NCBI GenBank assembly: GCA_041752695.1
Contig: JBGSVZ010000031.1
Coordinates: 1 to 64,000, forward strand
DNA length: 64,000 nucleotides
From: Terrimicrobiaceae bacterium
Lineage (GTDB): Bacteria; Verrucomicrobiota; Verrucomicrobiia; Chthoniobacterales; Terrimicrobiaceae
Direction of reading: 5' to 3'
Shown here: positions 29,252-39,487 of the stretch, piece by piece
Layout of the letters: each line of letters opens with the position of its first letter
Position numbering within the stretch: position 1 is the stretch's first letter
Translations under genes and position numbers: made by a program
Notes under the pieces: model-generated
Seen by the model: the letters and a program-made list of their open reading frames with translations, nothing else
What the model was told of the DNA's origin: nothing
Databases searched by the model: none

Positions 29252-30475
29252 CTATTCTTTCTTTACATCCAGTTGCCCTAGAAACGCATCGGCTACGGCT
29301 TGTTCAATTCCCCCACCACGGAAATCCCTCGCGAGGATCTTGCCCTGGCCATCGAGCAGGAAATTCGCGGGCAATTTCCCGATGCCAAATTTGCGCCCGA
29401 GATCATTTTCCGATCCGGGTAGGGAGAGATGCTGGGGCCAGGGGATGGCGAACTCTCGGGTGAGTTCCATCAGGGATTCTCGATCCGTATCCAGACTGAT
29501 GCCGATCACTTCGAAACCTTTCTCACGGTACCTTTTGTAGGCGGAAAGGAGCTTCGGAAGGTCTTGAACGCTGTCGATCGAAGTGGATGCCCAGAAATTC
29601 AGCATGATGAATTTCGCCGGGCGGGTGCCTAAGGAGAGCGCTTCGCCATTGAGGTCGAGAACTTCAAAGTCGGGAAACTTTGCGCCGACAACCAGTGTGT
29701 CCTGGCTTGTTGGCGTTGTTTGAGGACCCGTTGGTGGGGTGGAAAACGCCCCGAGTTTGGCCGCCACTTGTGTGTGCGGAAATCGGGGTTTGATCTGATC
29801 GGCTATGGCTTGGGCTCCAGCCCGGTCCTGGAAAACCTCCTGGTAAAGGATGGCCTTGGTGAGGAGCGCGTCGGCGGCGGATTCGCTGTCGGTTTCTCCA
29901 TATTTGGCGGCCAAATTTTCGAACTCTTTGAGCTCTGAGGAGAATTCCGCAGGGGTGCGCCGTCCTTGAGAAAATTTGCTTTGAATCCTGCTTTTTAAAT
30001 TTCTTAGCTCACTTTGGTAGGTGGGTTGCGGACCAGACGGAGTTGGGTCTCGCAAAGACTTCGTGGATGGAGATGGGATTGGCATGGCCTCCCGCTTTGG
30101 GGCGCGGGCCTGGAGTTTCAAGGCGGTCTGGGAATCCGGGAAATCATCGAGGATTTCCTGGAGAATTTGCGAGCTTCTGGCGTTGTCCTGAAAAACCATG
30201 TGGTAAAGGGTCGCTTTCATGACGAGCGTTTTTGCCGCTGCTTCGGCGTCCGAATCGCGGTATTGAGCGACGAGGGAGTCGATTTGCTGAAGCTCGGGAC
30301 CCAGATCACCCTCAGTTCGCTTCCCGGCGTTGATTTTTTCTTGGATCCGTCCGGTCAGGGATCTCAATTCTTCTTCGATGCCGGCGGCCCCCGCGGAGTT
30401 TACGGACGCGAGGAGAAAGCAGGTCATCGCAAAGAGAGCGAGCAGTGGGAACTTCACATTCACGATTGTAACCAC
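29252..30475 (-). CDS. TlpA/redoxin-fold protein lacking CxxC, with a duplicated N-terminal helical domain
   Basis: GAKFPDF.V.DLNGE.LSL, LNFWASTSIDS (in place of FWATWCxxC), GFEVIGISLD, LPANFLLDGQGKI. Confidence 0.8.
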   Translation of the reverse strand: MVTIVNVKFPLLALFAMTCFLLASVNSAGAAGIEEELRSLTGRIQEKINAGKRTEGDLGPELQQIDSLVAQYRDSDAEAAAKTLVMKATLYHMVFQDNARSSQILQEILDDFPDSQTALKLQARAPKREAMPIPSPSTKSLRDPTPSGPQPTYQSELRNLKSRIQSKFSQGRRTPAEFSSELKEFENLAAKYGETDSESAADALLTKAILYQEVFQDRAGAQAIADQIKPRFPHTQVAAKLGAFSTPPTGPQTTPTSQDTLVVGAKFPDFEVLDLNGEALSLGTRPAKFIMLNFWASTSIDSVQDLPKLLSAYKRYREKGFEVIGISLDTDRESLMELTREFAIPWPQHLSLPGSENDLGRKFGIGKLPANFLLDGQGKILARDFRGGGIEQAVADAFLGQLDVKKE

Positions 30476-30617
30476 TTCAGCGCTCCTTTCGCAAGCTAGG
30501 TGAGAATGAAGCGAGGGCGGGATTTTCCGGAGTGTCGGCGGCTTTTGACCCCGGCGGCACCCGGGAAGTGGCGAATGGATTGCCCGAGGGAAGTGCGGAC
30601 GCGAGGGCCTCTGCGGC

Positions 30618-33374
30618 CTATCCTGTCGTCCGCAATCCGCTCGCGATGGCGTTGACAGAGAGAAGGACCTTGGGATGGAGTTGCTCGGCCTCGGGAGAGC
30701 CGGCGGCGCGGGCAGCCCGCCATTTTTTCAGCAGTGCGATCTGCTCATGGTGCAGGACCTTGAGGGCGTTGGCGCGGAGGGCGAGCGTCTTGATCATGCG
30801 CGGACGGCGCGACTCCAGACTGCCGCCGAAGATTTCGGACATCATCGCCTTGGTTTTTTCGAACTCTGCGGCAATGAGGGAGAAGAGGCGATCGCGCACC
30901 GCGGTGTCAGTGACGAGCCCGGCATAGTCGCGCATGATATCCGGGTCGCAGCTGGCGATATTTGTCTCCACGTTGGTGAGGACGTAGTACATGACCGGAG
31001 ACTTTTTCAAGAGCTGACGGAGTTCTTCAATGGGAAGAATTTTTTTGGCCAGTAGAGCCTCGATCCCGGAGCCGACACCAAACCAGCCGGGGAGGTAGTA
31101 GCGGCATTGATTCCAGCTGAAGACCCACGGAATGGCGCGCAGATCGTCGAGGGTTCGCTGGCCGGTGCGGCGGGAGGGGCGTGAGCCGATACTGCTGGTC
31201 TCCAGGGCATCGATGGGCGTGGCTTCGGAATAGAAACTCATGAAGCCCTCGGCGTGGATGAGGGAGACGTATTTGTCGCGGCTGGCGGAGGAGAGGATTT
31301 CGCCCACCTCTTCGAGGCTCTCGGGCAGGGGCTGGGCTTTTTGTTCGGCGATGGAAAAGCCGGTGACGCCCGCGAGGAGAATTTCCAGGTTGTAGGTGGC
31401 GGTGCTGAGGATCGCGAATTTTTGTGCGATCGTCTCACCCTGTTCGGTGAGGCGCATGTCGCCCTGGAGCGAGCCGGGAGGCAGCGCCCCAAGAAAGCGG
31501 TGCGTCGGGCCGGCTCCGCGGCTGATGGTGCCACCCCGACCATGAAAAAACCGGATTTTGGTGCCGTGCTCGCGGCCCCGCTTCGCGAGGTCGGACTGGG
31601 CCTTGTGAAGGGCCCACTGGCTGGCGATGATGCCGCAATCCTTGTTGCTGTCGCTGTAGCCGACCATGACCTGTTGGATAGGCTGTTCGTGGGGCAGGGA
31701 GAGGACCTGCACCCGGTCCTTTTGATGAAACGCCAGACTGCGCTGCGTCACAGGGTGGGCGAGGAAGGCATCAATGAGACCCGGGCTGCGCTCGAGGTCG
31801 TCCAGGGTTTCGAATAGCGGTACGACAGGAAGCTGGCAGAGCAGGCCTTCGGGGGTCCATTTCATCAGGCCGGCCTCGCGGGCGAGCACAAAGACGACGA
31901 GGAGATCCGACATCCGTTTGGTCATGCTGACAATGAGAGAGCCGATGCCCTCGCGACCGTGCTGGCGGATGTGGCGGCGAAGCACGCCGTAGCAGGAGAG
32001 CACGGCGTCGGCCTGTTCCCCGATCCCGGCGTCGTGGTAGAGAAACGGGCGGGGGGACTCGAGTTCCTTGGTGAGAAACTCCACGCGGCGGGCCTCCTCC
32101 CAGGAACTGAAGTCCGGCGCGGGCTGTCCCATCGCCGCGAGCACCTGGATAAGCGCCTGGTCGTGGAATTTGCTGTTCTGGCGGATATCAAGTTCGGCGA
32201 GGTGGAAGCCAAAAACGTCCAGCGCGCGGCGGACGGGCCAGACGGCGGTGTCGGCAAGACGTTTGGCGCCCGTGGCAATCAGGGAGTCCGAGAGGAGGGC
32301 GAGGTCGGCGTCGAGTTCGTTCGGTGCGAGGTATCCGGGGCCTTCGGAAAAGCCGGGAAGGTTGGCCTGGAGGAGAAGGACGTATTGCCGCCAGGGTTCG
32401 TCGGAATACTGGCGCGCGATGGCCTCGGCCGCGGTGGGGTTTTCCGCACAAAGGCGCCCGATCGCGGCGGCGAGGGGTTTCGGGGTTTGCTGAAAATTGC
32501 TGGAAAGCGGGAGCTTCACGGCCAGCGCGTCGAGGTGCTTGTGCATGACCTCGACGGCGTTCTGGCGCAGTTCCGTAAGGGATTCTTCTGTAACGCTGGC
32601 GGTGACGAAGGGGTGTCCGTCACGGTCTCCGCCGACCCAGGTGCCAAAGCGAACGCGGGGCCAGTTGTGCGGGTTTTCCAGCAGGGCGTTGTCGAATCCG
32701 GCATCCTGCCAGGCATTGCGCAGGCGTTCGTCGAGCTGTTCGAGAGCCAGCGGGAAAACCTCGCGGAGGTAGAAGTTGGTGCCGCGCCGTTCGGTGGAGA
32801 CGGTGGGTTTTTCCAGAAGGATCTCCCCGGTGCGCCAGAGGCGTTCGAGCACGACCTTGATCTCGTCGCGGATGGCCTGACGTTCCGAAGGCGTGAGCGA
32901 GGGGTTTTCCAGCGACGTGAGCAGGCGGTAGATGTCGCGATGCTGTTCGAGCACGGCGGCGCGCTTGGCCTCGGTGGGGTGGGCGGTGAGGACCGACTCG
33001 ACGCGAACGGAGGGCAGGTAGGCCGCGATTTCTTCCCCGGTGAACCCTGCTTGCTTAAGCCGCGCAAGTTGCTGGCCCCACAAGCCGGGCTCGGAAGAGA
33101 GGCCGTGTTCAATTTCCCGAAGGCGGCGGGTTTTGGCCGAGGCATTTTCCTCCACCATGTTGAGGAGCTGGAATGCGATCGAATAGGCCTGTTCGATCCG
33201 GGGAGGGGGTTCGTGCACATCGTGGATCTTTCCACTCTCCTGCCACGGCAGAAATTCCGCCGCCTTGTCTTCACCGAGTTCGCAGAGAACCTCCTTGAGA
33301 CATCCCATCAAATAGTCCAGGTCCGTATCAATTTTAACGAACCCCGAAGCAATGTAATCAGCCGTTGTCTTCAC
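30618..33374 (-). CDS. ppc: Phosphoenolpyruvate carboxylase
   Basis: VLTAHPTE, WVGGDRDGHP, QQVMVGYSDSNKD, FHGRGGTISRG, LRAIPWVFSW, GLRTTG. Confidence 0.97.
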   Translation of the reverse strand: MKTTADYIASGFVKIDTDLDYLMGCLKEVLCELGEDKAAEFLPWQESGKIHDVHEPPPRIEQAYSIAFQLLNMVEENASAKTRRLREIEHGLSSEPGLWGQQLARLKQAGFTGEEIAAYLPSVRVESVLTAHPTEAKRAAVLEQHRDIYRLLTSLENPSLTPSERQAIRDEIKVVLERLWRTGEILLEKPTVSTERRGTNFYLREVFPLALEQLDERLRNAWQDAGFDNALLENPHNWPRVRFGTWVGGDRDGHPFVTASVTEESLTELRQNAVEVMHKHLDALAVKLPLSSNFQQTPKPLAAAIGRLCAENPTAAEAIARQYSDEPWRQYVLLLQANLPGFSEGPGYLAPNELDADLALLSDSLIATGAKRLADTAVWPVRRALDVFGFHLAELDIRQNSKFHDQALIQVLAAMGQPAPDFSSWEEARRVEFLTKELESPRPFLYHDAGIGEQADAVLSCYGVLRRHIRQHGREGIGSLIVSMTKRMSDLLVVFVLAREAGLMKWTPEGLLCQLPVVPLFETLDDLERSPGLIDAFLAHPVTQRSLAFHQKDRVQVLSLPHEQPIQQVMVGYSDSNKDCGIIASQWALHKAQSDLAKRGREHGTKIRFFHGRGGTISRGAGPTHRFLGALPPGSLQGDMRLTEQGETIAQKFAILSTATYNLEILLAGVTGFSIAEQKAQPLPESLEEVGEILSSASRDKYVSLIHAEGFMSFYSEATPIDALETSSIGSRPSRRTGQRTLDDLRAIPWVFSWNQCRYYLPGWFGVGSGIEALLAKKILPIEELRQLLKKSPVMYYVLTNVETNIASCDPDIMRDYAGLVTDTAVRDRLFSLIAAEFEKTKAMMSEIFGGSLESRRPRMIKTLALRANALKVLHHEQIALLKKWRAARAAGSPEAEQLHPKVLLSVNAIASGLRTTG

Positions 33375-33571
33375 CCGCGCGGCATCATTGAGATATTCGC
33401 GGGAAAATCAACCGCAGAGTTTTTTTGTGGCATCCGCCCCCCAGCCAATCGGATAGAAAGACTCCACCGCCAGTCTGCTAGGGCCACAATATGAGCCACC
33501 GCCGCATTCTCCCCACGCTTCGTCTAGCCTATTCCGATCTCACGCCTTCTTGAAGCGCAAGTCCAGGTCGC

Positions 33572-35974
33572 CTAAAACGCGTTATCCTTCTTTTCTGTTT
33601 CGACGAATACTTTGTTCAGGTCGCCGAGGAGGAGGAGGGCCCTTTCTTCCTTCTTCACGAGCTCCCCAACATTGCCAGGGGACTGCTCCTGTTGGCACTG
33701 AATTTCCGCAATCAGCATCTCCGCGGACGCAATCACGCCTTCAAATTGGCTCTGCGTCTTTTTGTCAGTCATGCTTTCCGCCTTAAGTTGCTTGAAATAC
33801 CGAATTTGGAATTCCAGCCAGGCCAGCGCTTCGTCGATAGCGGCAAAACCACCGACAAGGCGACCACCGGAACTGAAGGCCGGGGGAGAGGGCTGGTCGG
33901 GGCGTTTAGGAATAACGGCCTCGGGGAAACTGGAAATTCCCTCGGTCTGCTTGCGGTCACCAATCACCGTGGGGGTGATGAAGATGATCAAATTCTTTTT
34001 GATCTGATCCCGGCTTTTGCTCTTAAAGAGCTGCCCCAGCCCGGGAATGTCCTTGAGGAATGGCACCCCGGTGTCATTGCGTGAGTCGGTCGACTCATCG
34101 AGGCCGCTCACCGCCAGGGTGTAACCGGAATCGACCTGCAGTGCCGCATTGTAAACTCGCGAGGAGGGAACTGGGTAGGGTTGGGTCTGCCCGGGTTGAA
34201 GGGTGATGTCTTCAAAACCAACGATGCGGGAAATCGTGATGGCTACGTTGAGGATCACCGAGCCGTCGGGCATGGTCTTCGGCAACACATTGATGATCGT
34301 CCCGATGGGAAGATAAACAACTTCGGAGACGCTCGTTCCCACGTTGTCGCCCCCATTGACGGCAGAGACGGAGCCAAGAATCGGTTGGTTGACGACACTG
34401 CGGATCGCTACTTCCCGATTGTTGATGGTCAGCATCCGGGGGTATTGCACGACACTGGTGTCGCGATCACGCATGAACGCTTCCAATCGGACCGTCACAT
34501 CATCAGGAGAAAGCACCGCGGAATAGCTGGTATTCATGGTGGTCGTCCTCGTGCTCATGTTCTGGTTGACCGGATCGGTAAACCTCACATTGCCGGTCGC
34601 AGGATCGACAGTGACGCTGGATCCGAAGCTTGTCCCTCTGGCAAGGTTTCTCCCATTGAGGGTCCCACCGCCGCTGAAAAAGCGGTTCATCGTGTCACCA
34701 ACCGCTTCAGTATTGATTCCGCCTTCGGCCGTCGCCGAAGCGCTCGCGGTGACCCCGTATCCGCCTTCAAGAGTTTCGGACCAATTGATGCCTAGCTCTT
34801 TGGAAGGATCTTTGCTGGTCTCCAGGAATTTGATTTCGATGCTGATGAGGGCTTGCGGGCGATCGACCGCGCTGAGGAAGCCTTCCACCCACTGGTGTTG
34901 TTGCCTGGTGGCCACAATATACAGGGTGTTGGCATCCGCGTTGTAGATTACCTGAGCGCCGCCGTCTCCTTTGGCGGATCCGTCCTCACTGAGGCCGCTC
35001 CCTGCGAGATTGAGAGACGGTGGCACGTTGAGTGGTCCTGTGCTCTCGACGCTCGTCTCGCCCGCATTAATGCCCGTCATGCCACTGGTGGGAATTCCCA
35101 GCAGTTTTTTGATTTCCTCAACAACTTGGGGAGGTTTGATTTCAAAGACGTCGGTTGGTTCCTGCAGGGTGAGGTCGATTCCCGTGAGGCCATCTCCGCC
35201 CGTATTTCCGGCACCGCCGCTCTGCTGGGCACCCGTGTAGCGAATGAGGTCCTGGGGATTAAATTTGAGCTTGTAGGTGCGCGCGATCAGTTCCTTCTCG
35301 TTGAGGGGACGCATGAACCAGATCCCATTGTCGTAAAACAAGGCGACACTGTTCGCCCTGGCGATCGTCTCCAGCGCCAGGAACGGGCTGGAGCGAAGGG
35401 TGAATGTCACCAGCGTATTCTCCACGGCGGAAGATTCCTGCATGGCGACAAAAGGGATTCCGGCATCGTCCGCCAGGAAGCGTAGGACGTCACGCAGCGA
35501 GGCGCGGTCGAAATTGTAGAGTTTGGCGGGTGCATTGCGCAGCTTCTTGGCCATCGCATTGCCCCAGTTATAATCCGTGTAAACCTCGAAGGGGGGAGGG
35601 GTGACCTGAGAGCCGGTCCCGCCAGCACTGACCGAGCCCACAGGGGAGACGGTCACCGAGGGTTGATTACTCGCCAGGATGGCCTGTTTGGGCGGCAAGG
35701 CTGATGCCGAGCTGATTGGCAGGCTTTCCGACGCAGAACGGGGAGTCTGAATGGTAGGTTGCGGCGTTTGAAAGGAAGGCTGGGGAGCTTGGAAAGATGG
35801 CTGGTTCTGGGCGGGAGACATCGAAGTTCCCAGAAGGGAAAACACGACCAAGGTCGCCAGGACTTGCGATTCGCTTCGTCTTAAACTTGGTGGGCGCGGG
35901 GTTTGATCTGGATCACAATCACGTCTCGATGCGGGCCTCGCCGAGACAGGCGCAGCTTTATTCACAAGGTTCAT
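33572..35974 (-). CDS. Secretin (PilQ/GspD family)
   Basis: ASLRDVLRFLA, DRPQALISIEIKFLE, ELGINW, GVPFLKDIPGLGQLFKS, LIIFITPTVI. Start uncertain (35974 or 36091). Confidence 0.88.
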   Translation of the reverse strand: MNLVNKAAPVSARPASRRDCDPDQTPRPPSLRRSESQVLATLVVFSLLGTSMSPAQNQPSFQAPQPSFQTPQPTIQTPRSASESLPISSASALPPKQAILASNQPSVTVSPVGSVSAGGTGSQVTPPPFEVYTDYNWGNAMAKKLRNAPAKLYNFDRASLRDVLRFLADDAGIPFVAMQESSAVENTLVTFTLRSSPFLALETIARANSVALFYDNGIWFMRPLNEKELIARTYKLKFNPQDLIRYTGAQQSGGAGNTGGDGLTGIDLTLQEPTDVFEIKPPQVVEEIKKLLGIPTSGMTGINAGETSVESTGPLNVPPSLNLAGSGLSEDGSAKGDGGAQVIYNADANTLYIVATRQQHQWVEGFLSAVDRPQALISIEIKFLETSKDPSKELGINWSETLEGGYGVTASASATAEGGINTEAVGDTMNRFFSGGGTLNGRNLARGTSFGSSVTVDPATGNVRFTDPVNQNMSTRTTTMNTSYSAVLSPDDVTVRLEAFMRDRDTSVVQYPRMLTINNREVAIRSVVNQPILGSVSAVNGGDNVGTSVSEVVYLPIGTIINVLPKTMPDGSVILNVAITISRIVGFEDITLQPGQTQPYPVPSSRVYNAALQVDSGYTLAVSGLDESTDSRNDTGVPFLKDIPGLGQLFKSKSRDQIKKNLIIFITPTVIGDRKQTEGISSFPEAVIPKRPDQPSPPAFSSGGRLVGGFAAIDEALAWLEFQIRYFKQLKAESMTDKKTQSQFEGVIASAEMLIAEIQCQQEQSPGNVGELVKKEERALLLLGDLNKVFVETEKKDNAF

Positions 35975-36165
35975 TTGGTTAAGGCGGATTCGCTTCCTTG
36001 GAAGCAGGGCGTTGTTGGAATAGAAAATTTTCGGGTGCGATACCAGCCAAAAATTTGTTTTTTTCAGGACATTTGCGCGACCTGTTGCCATTTTTGAGCT
36101 AAAGATTTACCAAGTGTTGCGTATTTTTTTCTTCGTGTTTTCCCTGATTGTGGTATCAGTACACC

Positions 36166-37476
36166 ATGATGAAAACGCAACTCTTGCGGCTTCGAGGTTT
36201 CACACTCATCGAAATTCTTATCGTGATCGCCGCGGTTTCGGCACTTACTTCCGTGGGTTATGTGACCGCCACTTCGGTAAAGGACTCGGCGGAGCAGAAC
36301 AAGCTGACGTCGGATGTTGCCTCGTTAAACTCTGCCGTCCAAATGTATCTGGCCTCTGGGGGATCTCTACCGAATGGTGCGACGTCGCAAAGCGTTCTTG
36401 CGAAGTTGAAAACGCGTTCAACGATGGCTGCCAATCAGGGGACGGTGGGATTGGCGGGAAGTTTTGTCGATTCGCGGATTTCCCCGCAGTTTTCTTCCGG
36501 CAGCTCCAAGCTGAAGGCTTTTTGGGATCCGACAGCATCCCGGTTTTATACGAGGAAATCGACGGATGATGGAATTGTCGCCTTCGACCTTGATGAGGCG
36601 GCCGCTGCTGGTGGAGTCACAACGGAAGCTCGCGCGCAAACCCTCGTCGCTTCGGACGTCAGTAATGGCCAGCCAAAGTGGGTTTGGGATTATTCGGACA
36701 CCACTCCAGCCCCTTGGACGGGCAATAGTGGCGTCGGCGCGCCATCGGCCCCGTTGGCCGCTTACCTCTCTCAGCAGTTTCAGGGAGGCGGGTTGTCGGT
36801 GACATCCCCCGATGGCTCCGTGGACCTGGGTCATCTCTACCGGGATGCCGGTTATGATTCCCGGCTGGGCCTGTTTTCTTTGGAAGGAATGGGGGCGGAC
36901 GTCTATGACCTCTCCACTGAGGCGGGTGCCAAAGCCTTTTTGGAAGAGGCGATCAGGCGGGTGCTTTCGGATTCGACGGATGGTCGGATTGTGGCCGATG
37001 CCTCCCAAGGCGATTCGGTTGGATCCAATGGCCAATTTCAGTTTACCGCGGGTGATATGCTCGCCGCGATCCTGATTCCCAACGGAACATTCGAAGATGC
37101 CTTGGCCGGCCTTATTGACGGTTCGATCACTTCGGGAAGTAACCTTTACCCGTTGTTGTCGCTTTCCCTGCCTACAGACCGCGCACCGTTTTTTGAATCT
37201 CAAATGGCTTACCTCGGCAACGGAGTTTATGCCATCGAAGATATTACCGGGCTGTCCTCGGATCAGGATTATAACGACTTTCTTTTTAAGACGGCTGATC
37301 TCGACCAATTGCCCGATTCTTCGGTGAAAACGATTGATCCGACGACATACTATTTGGATTATCAGTATTGGGATTCGCCCGGCCCTAATGGGAAAAGCCT
37401 TAAGGAAACTCTGGTGGCGGCTGGTGTGATTTTTATCAATCCTTCCACGGGTGAGATTACCGCGGCCGGAAGCTAA
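36166..37476 (+). CDS. Large type IV pilin-like protein with DUF4114-like C-terminal domain
   Basis: RG|FTLIEILIVIAAV class III signal; C-terminal YRDAGYDSRLGLF and IEDITGLSSDQDYNDFLF. Confidence 0.8.
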   Translation: MMKTQLLRLRGFTLIEILIVIAAVSALTSVGYVTATSVKDSAEQNKLTSDVASLNSAVQMYLASGGSLPNGATSQSVLAKLKTRSTMAANQGTVGLAGSFVDSRISPQFSSGSSKLKAFWDPTASRFYTRKSTDDGIVAFDLDEAAAAGGVTTEARAQTLVASDVSNGQPKWVWDYSDTTPAPWTGNSGVGAPSAPLAAYLSQQFQGGGLSVTSPDGSVDLGHLYRDAGYDSRLGLFSLEGMGADVYDLSTEAGAKAFLEEAIRRVLSDSTDGRIVADASQGDSVGSNGQFQFTAGDMLAAILIPNGTFEDALAGLIDGSITSGSNLYPLLSLSLPTDRAPFFESQMAYLGNGVYAIEDITGLSSDQDYNDFLFKTADLDQLPDSSVKTIDPTTYYLDYQYWDSPGPNGKSLKETLVAAGVIFINPSTGEITAAGS

Positions 37477-37554
37477 CCGCGCGCGCCATTCGCGATCTAC
37501 TTTCTTCAATTTTAACCGATAACGCATTCTCTTCCTCCGGGCAATTTTTCCTCC

Positions 37555-38616
37555 ATGTTGCTTCTTGAACTCCCCGAGGACTGTCCGGTTGCTCTCCGAA
37601 TTCGTGATCTTGCGACCTCGGAAGGGATTAGCGATTTCTATCTCACGCCCGGGGATCCGCTATCGTATAAGTATAATGGGCAGCTGATCTACGATGATTT
37701 GATCTTCGAAATGGCCCTGCCGGCCGAGATTCCCCCCGGTCATCACGACTGCGCGATTGACTTGCATCATTATCGATTCCGCGTAAACCAAATGACAACC
37801 CAAGGGAGGCTCCGTTGGGTCATGCGGTTGCTGCCGAGTAAGATTCCGCGGCCACAGGATATCAAGGTCCCTGCTTCAGCCTTAAAGGCGTTTCTTGAAG
37901 CCAGATATGGCCTTTTCCTCGTCTGCGGTCCCACGGGAAGTGGTAAATCCACGACCATTGCCTCCATGGTGCTGCACCGGGCGAAACGGCGGAGGGAGCA
38001 TGTTATTTCGTTTGAGGATCCCATCGAGTTTGTGTACCCGGATGGGCTGCCCTCCCTGATCTCGCAACGGGAAATGGGCAGTGATGAGATGGACTTCGGC
38101 AAGGCCCTCCGCGCGTCCCTGCGACAAGCTCCCGACGTGATCATCATTGGCGAGATTCGGGATGGCGAAACTGCTGAAATTGCCTTGCAGGCTTCTGAAA
38201 CCGGCCACGTGGTTGTGGCCTCGCTGCATACGTCGTCAGTGTCCCAGACTGTGCAACGTTTCCTGAAGTTGATCCCCTCGGACCGCCTGGAGAACGCCCA
38301 GGAAACCATGGCAGACATGTTGCGTTTGGTTCTCTGCCAGCGCCTCCTGTTGGATCAAAAGCAAAGCAAACGCTTCCCCATTCATGAAGTCATGCTACAA
38401 TATGACGGAGTGGTGAATATCATACGCCGCGGCGATTTCAAAAAACTCGATCAGGAACTCGAAACCGGATGGAAAAAAGGCATGTTTGATTTTACAAAAA
38501 GTGTCGAGATCAGGGGCACGGAAGGCTTCGAATCGTTATCTGGGAGGAAGCTGGCGGGGAACTCCTGGGAAGAGATTGAGGATTATCTTGAAAACCAACC
38601 GGAGGTATCGCGATGA
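37555..38616 (+). CDS. pilT: PilT/PilU-family retraction ATPase
   Basis: GPTGSGKSTT, FEDPIEF, SQRE, LRQAPDVIIIGEIRD, ETGHVVVASLHT, degenerate AIRNLIRE (VVNIIRRG); no tetracysteine motif. Confidence 0.85.
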   Translation: MLLLELPEDCPVALRIRDLATSEGISDFYLTPGDPLSYKYNGQLIYDDLIFEMALPAEIPPGHHDCAIDLHHYRFRVNQMTTQGRLRWVMRLLPSKIPRPQDIKVPASALKAFLEARYGLFLVCGPTGSGKSTTIASMVLHRAKRRREHVISFEDPIEFVYPDGLPSLISQREMGSDEMDFGKALRASLRQAPDVIIIGEIRDGETAEIALQASETGHVVVASLHTSSVSQTVQRFLKLIPSDRLENAQETMADMLRLVLCQRLLLDQKQSKRFPIHEVMLQYDGVVNIIRRGDFKKLDQELETGWKKGMFDFTKSVEIRGTEGFESLSGRKLAGNSWEEIEDYLENQPEVSR

Positions 38617-39482
38617 AAGGCGAAGACCTTCTTTCCGTTTTAAACTTTTCGGCTTTCCGCCCTGAGCCCGATGATCCCTCTGCGACTTGGCGTAAAAGGT
38701 TTCCCGGCCAGCGCACGGTGCTGTTGAATTTGGGCCGTTCCGCGACCGCATGGCGGGGAGTTCAGCGAAATGGAAAACTGGCGGAAGGCGATACCGCGGC
38801 GGGCGAGCTTAAGGAGGTGCTTGCTGAACATTCCTTTCAGATCAAAGAATTGTCGGAGCACGGGTGGTGCGTGGTTTCTCTGAACACCCGATATGTGATC
38901 AGCTTGGAAGCGAATCTTTCGCGCCGGGTCGGCAGCGAAGATATCATCAAATCCAATCCACGAAGTGTACTCGGTGCACGTTACGAACGCGGGAAACGTT
39001 ACGCGGTGACCCACAATCCGGAGACGAACTCAAGCATTTTGCTGGCCTGTGACGAAGAGCACGTCCGCAAAATCGAATCGACCCTGAAGGAAGCGGGCTT
39101 GCAGATTGGCAGAATTTGCTGCGGGACCTATGTTCTGCTCACCCATGCCTTGGCGCAAACCAACACCACCAAGGGATCCGACAAGCCTTCCAGCCGGTTC
39201 TATGTGGTTTGCTGTCAGGGATCCGTCTGCGCGCTGATTCAGGACGGAGATCGATGGACCGAACTTCGTTCCCGTACCGACGTTTACGAAGGAATGGCGA
39301 ATCCGATCATGGATCTCATCTCCCCCTTCAAGCAGCGCTTGCCCGAAGGGGCGGACATCGTTTTAGCTTGTGACAATCCTGTTCCTCAACTGGCGGATAG
39401 CTTGGGTGACCTTTTCGCGGATCGAAAGTTAATTGATTTGACCCAGCCTGACCTGCTGTGGACGCTCCTTACCCAGAACTGA
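38613..39482 (+). CDS. Hypothetical cytoplasmic protein at the PilM position
   Basis: No TM segment; ATGA-coupled to pilT; precedes PilN/O-like genes. Assignment is positional. Confidence 0.45.
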   Translation: MKGEDLLSVLNFSAFRPEPDDPSATWRKRFPGQRTVLLNLGRSATAWRGVQRNGKLAEGDTAAGELKEVLAEHSFQIKELSEHGWCVVSLNTRYVISLEANLSRRVGSEDIIKSNPRSVLGARYERGKRYAVTHNPETNSSILLACDEEHVRKIESTLKEAGLQIGRICCGTYVLLTHALAQTNTTKGSDKPSSRFYVVCCQGSVCALIQDGDRWTELRSRTDVYEGMANPIMDLISPFKQRLPEGADIVLACDNPVPQLADSLGDLFADRKLIDLTQPDLLWTLLTQN

Positions 39483-39487
39483 ATTGA

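Noticed and set aside
14005..33374. Co-occurrence of pyc and ppc (and accC) as a carbon-fixation cluster
   Set aside because: Genes are 13 kb or more apart in unrelated operons; ordinary anaplerotic and fatty-acid enzymes.
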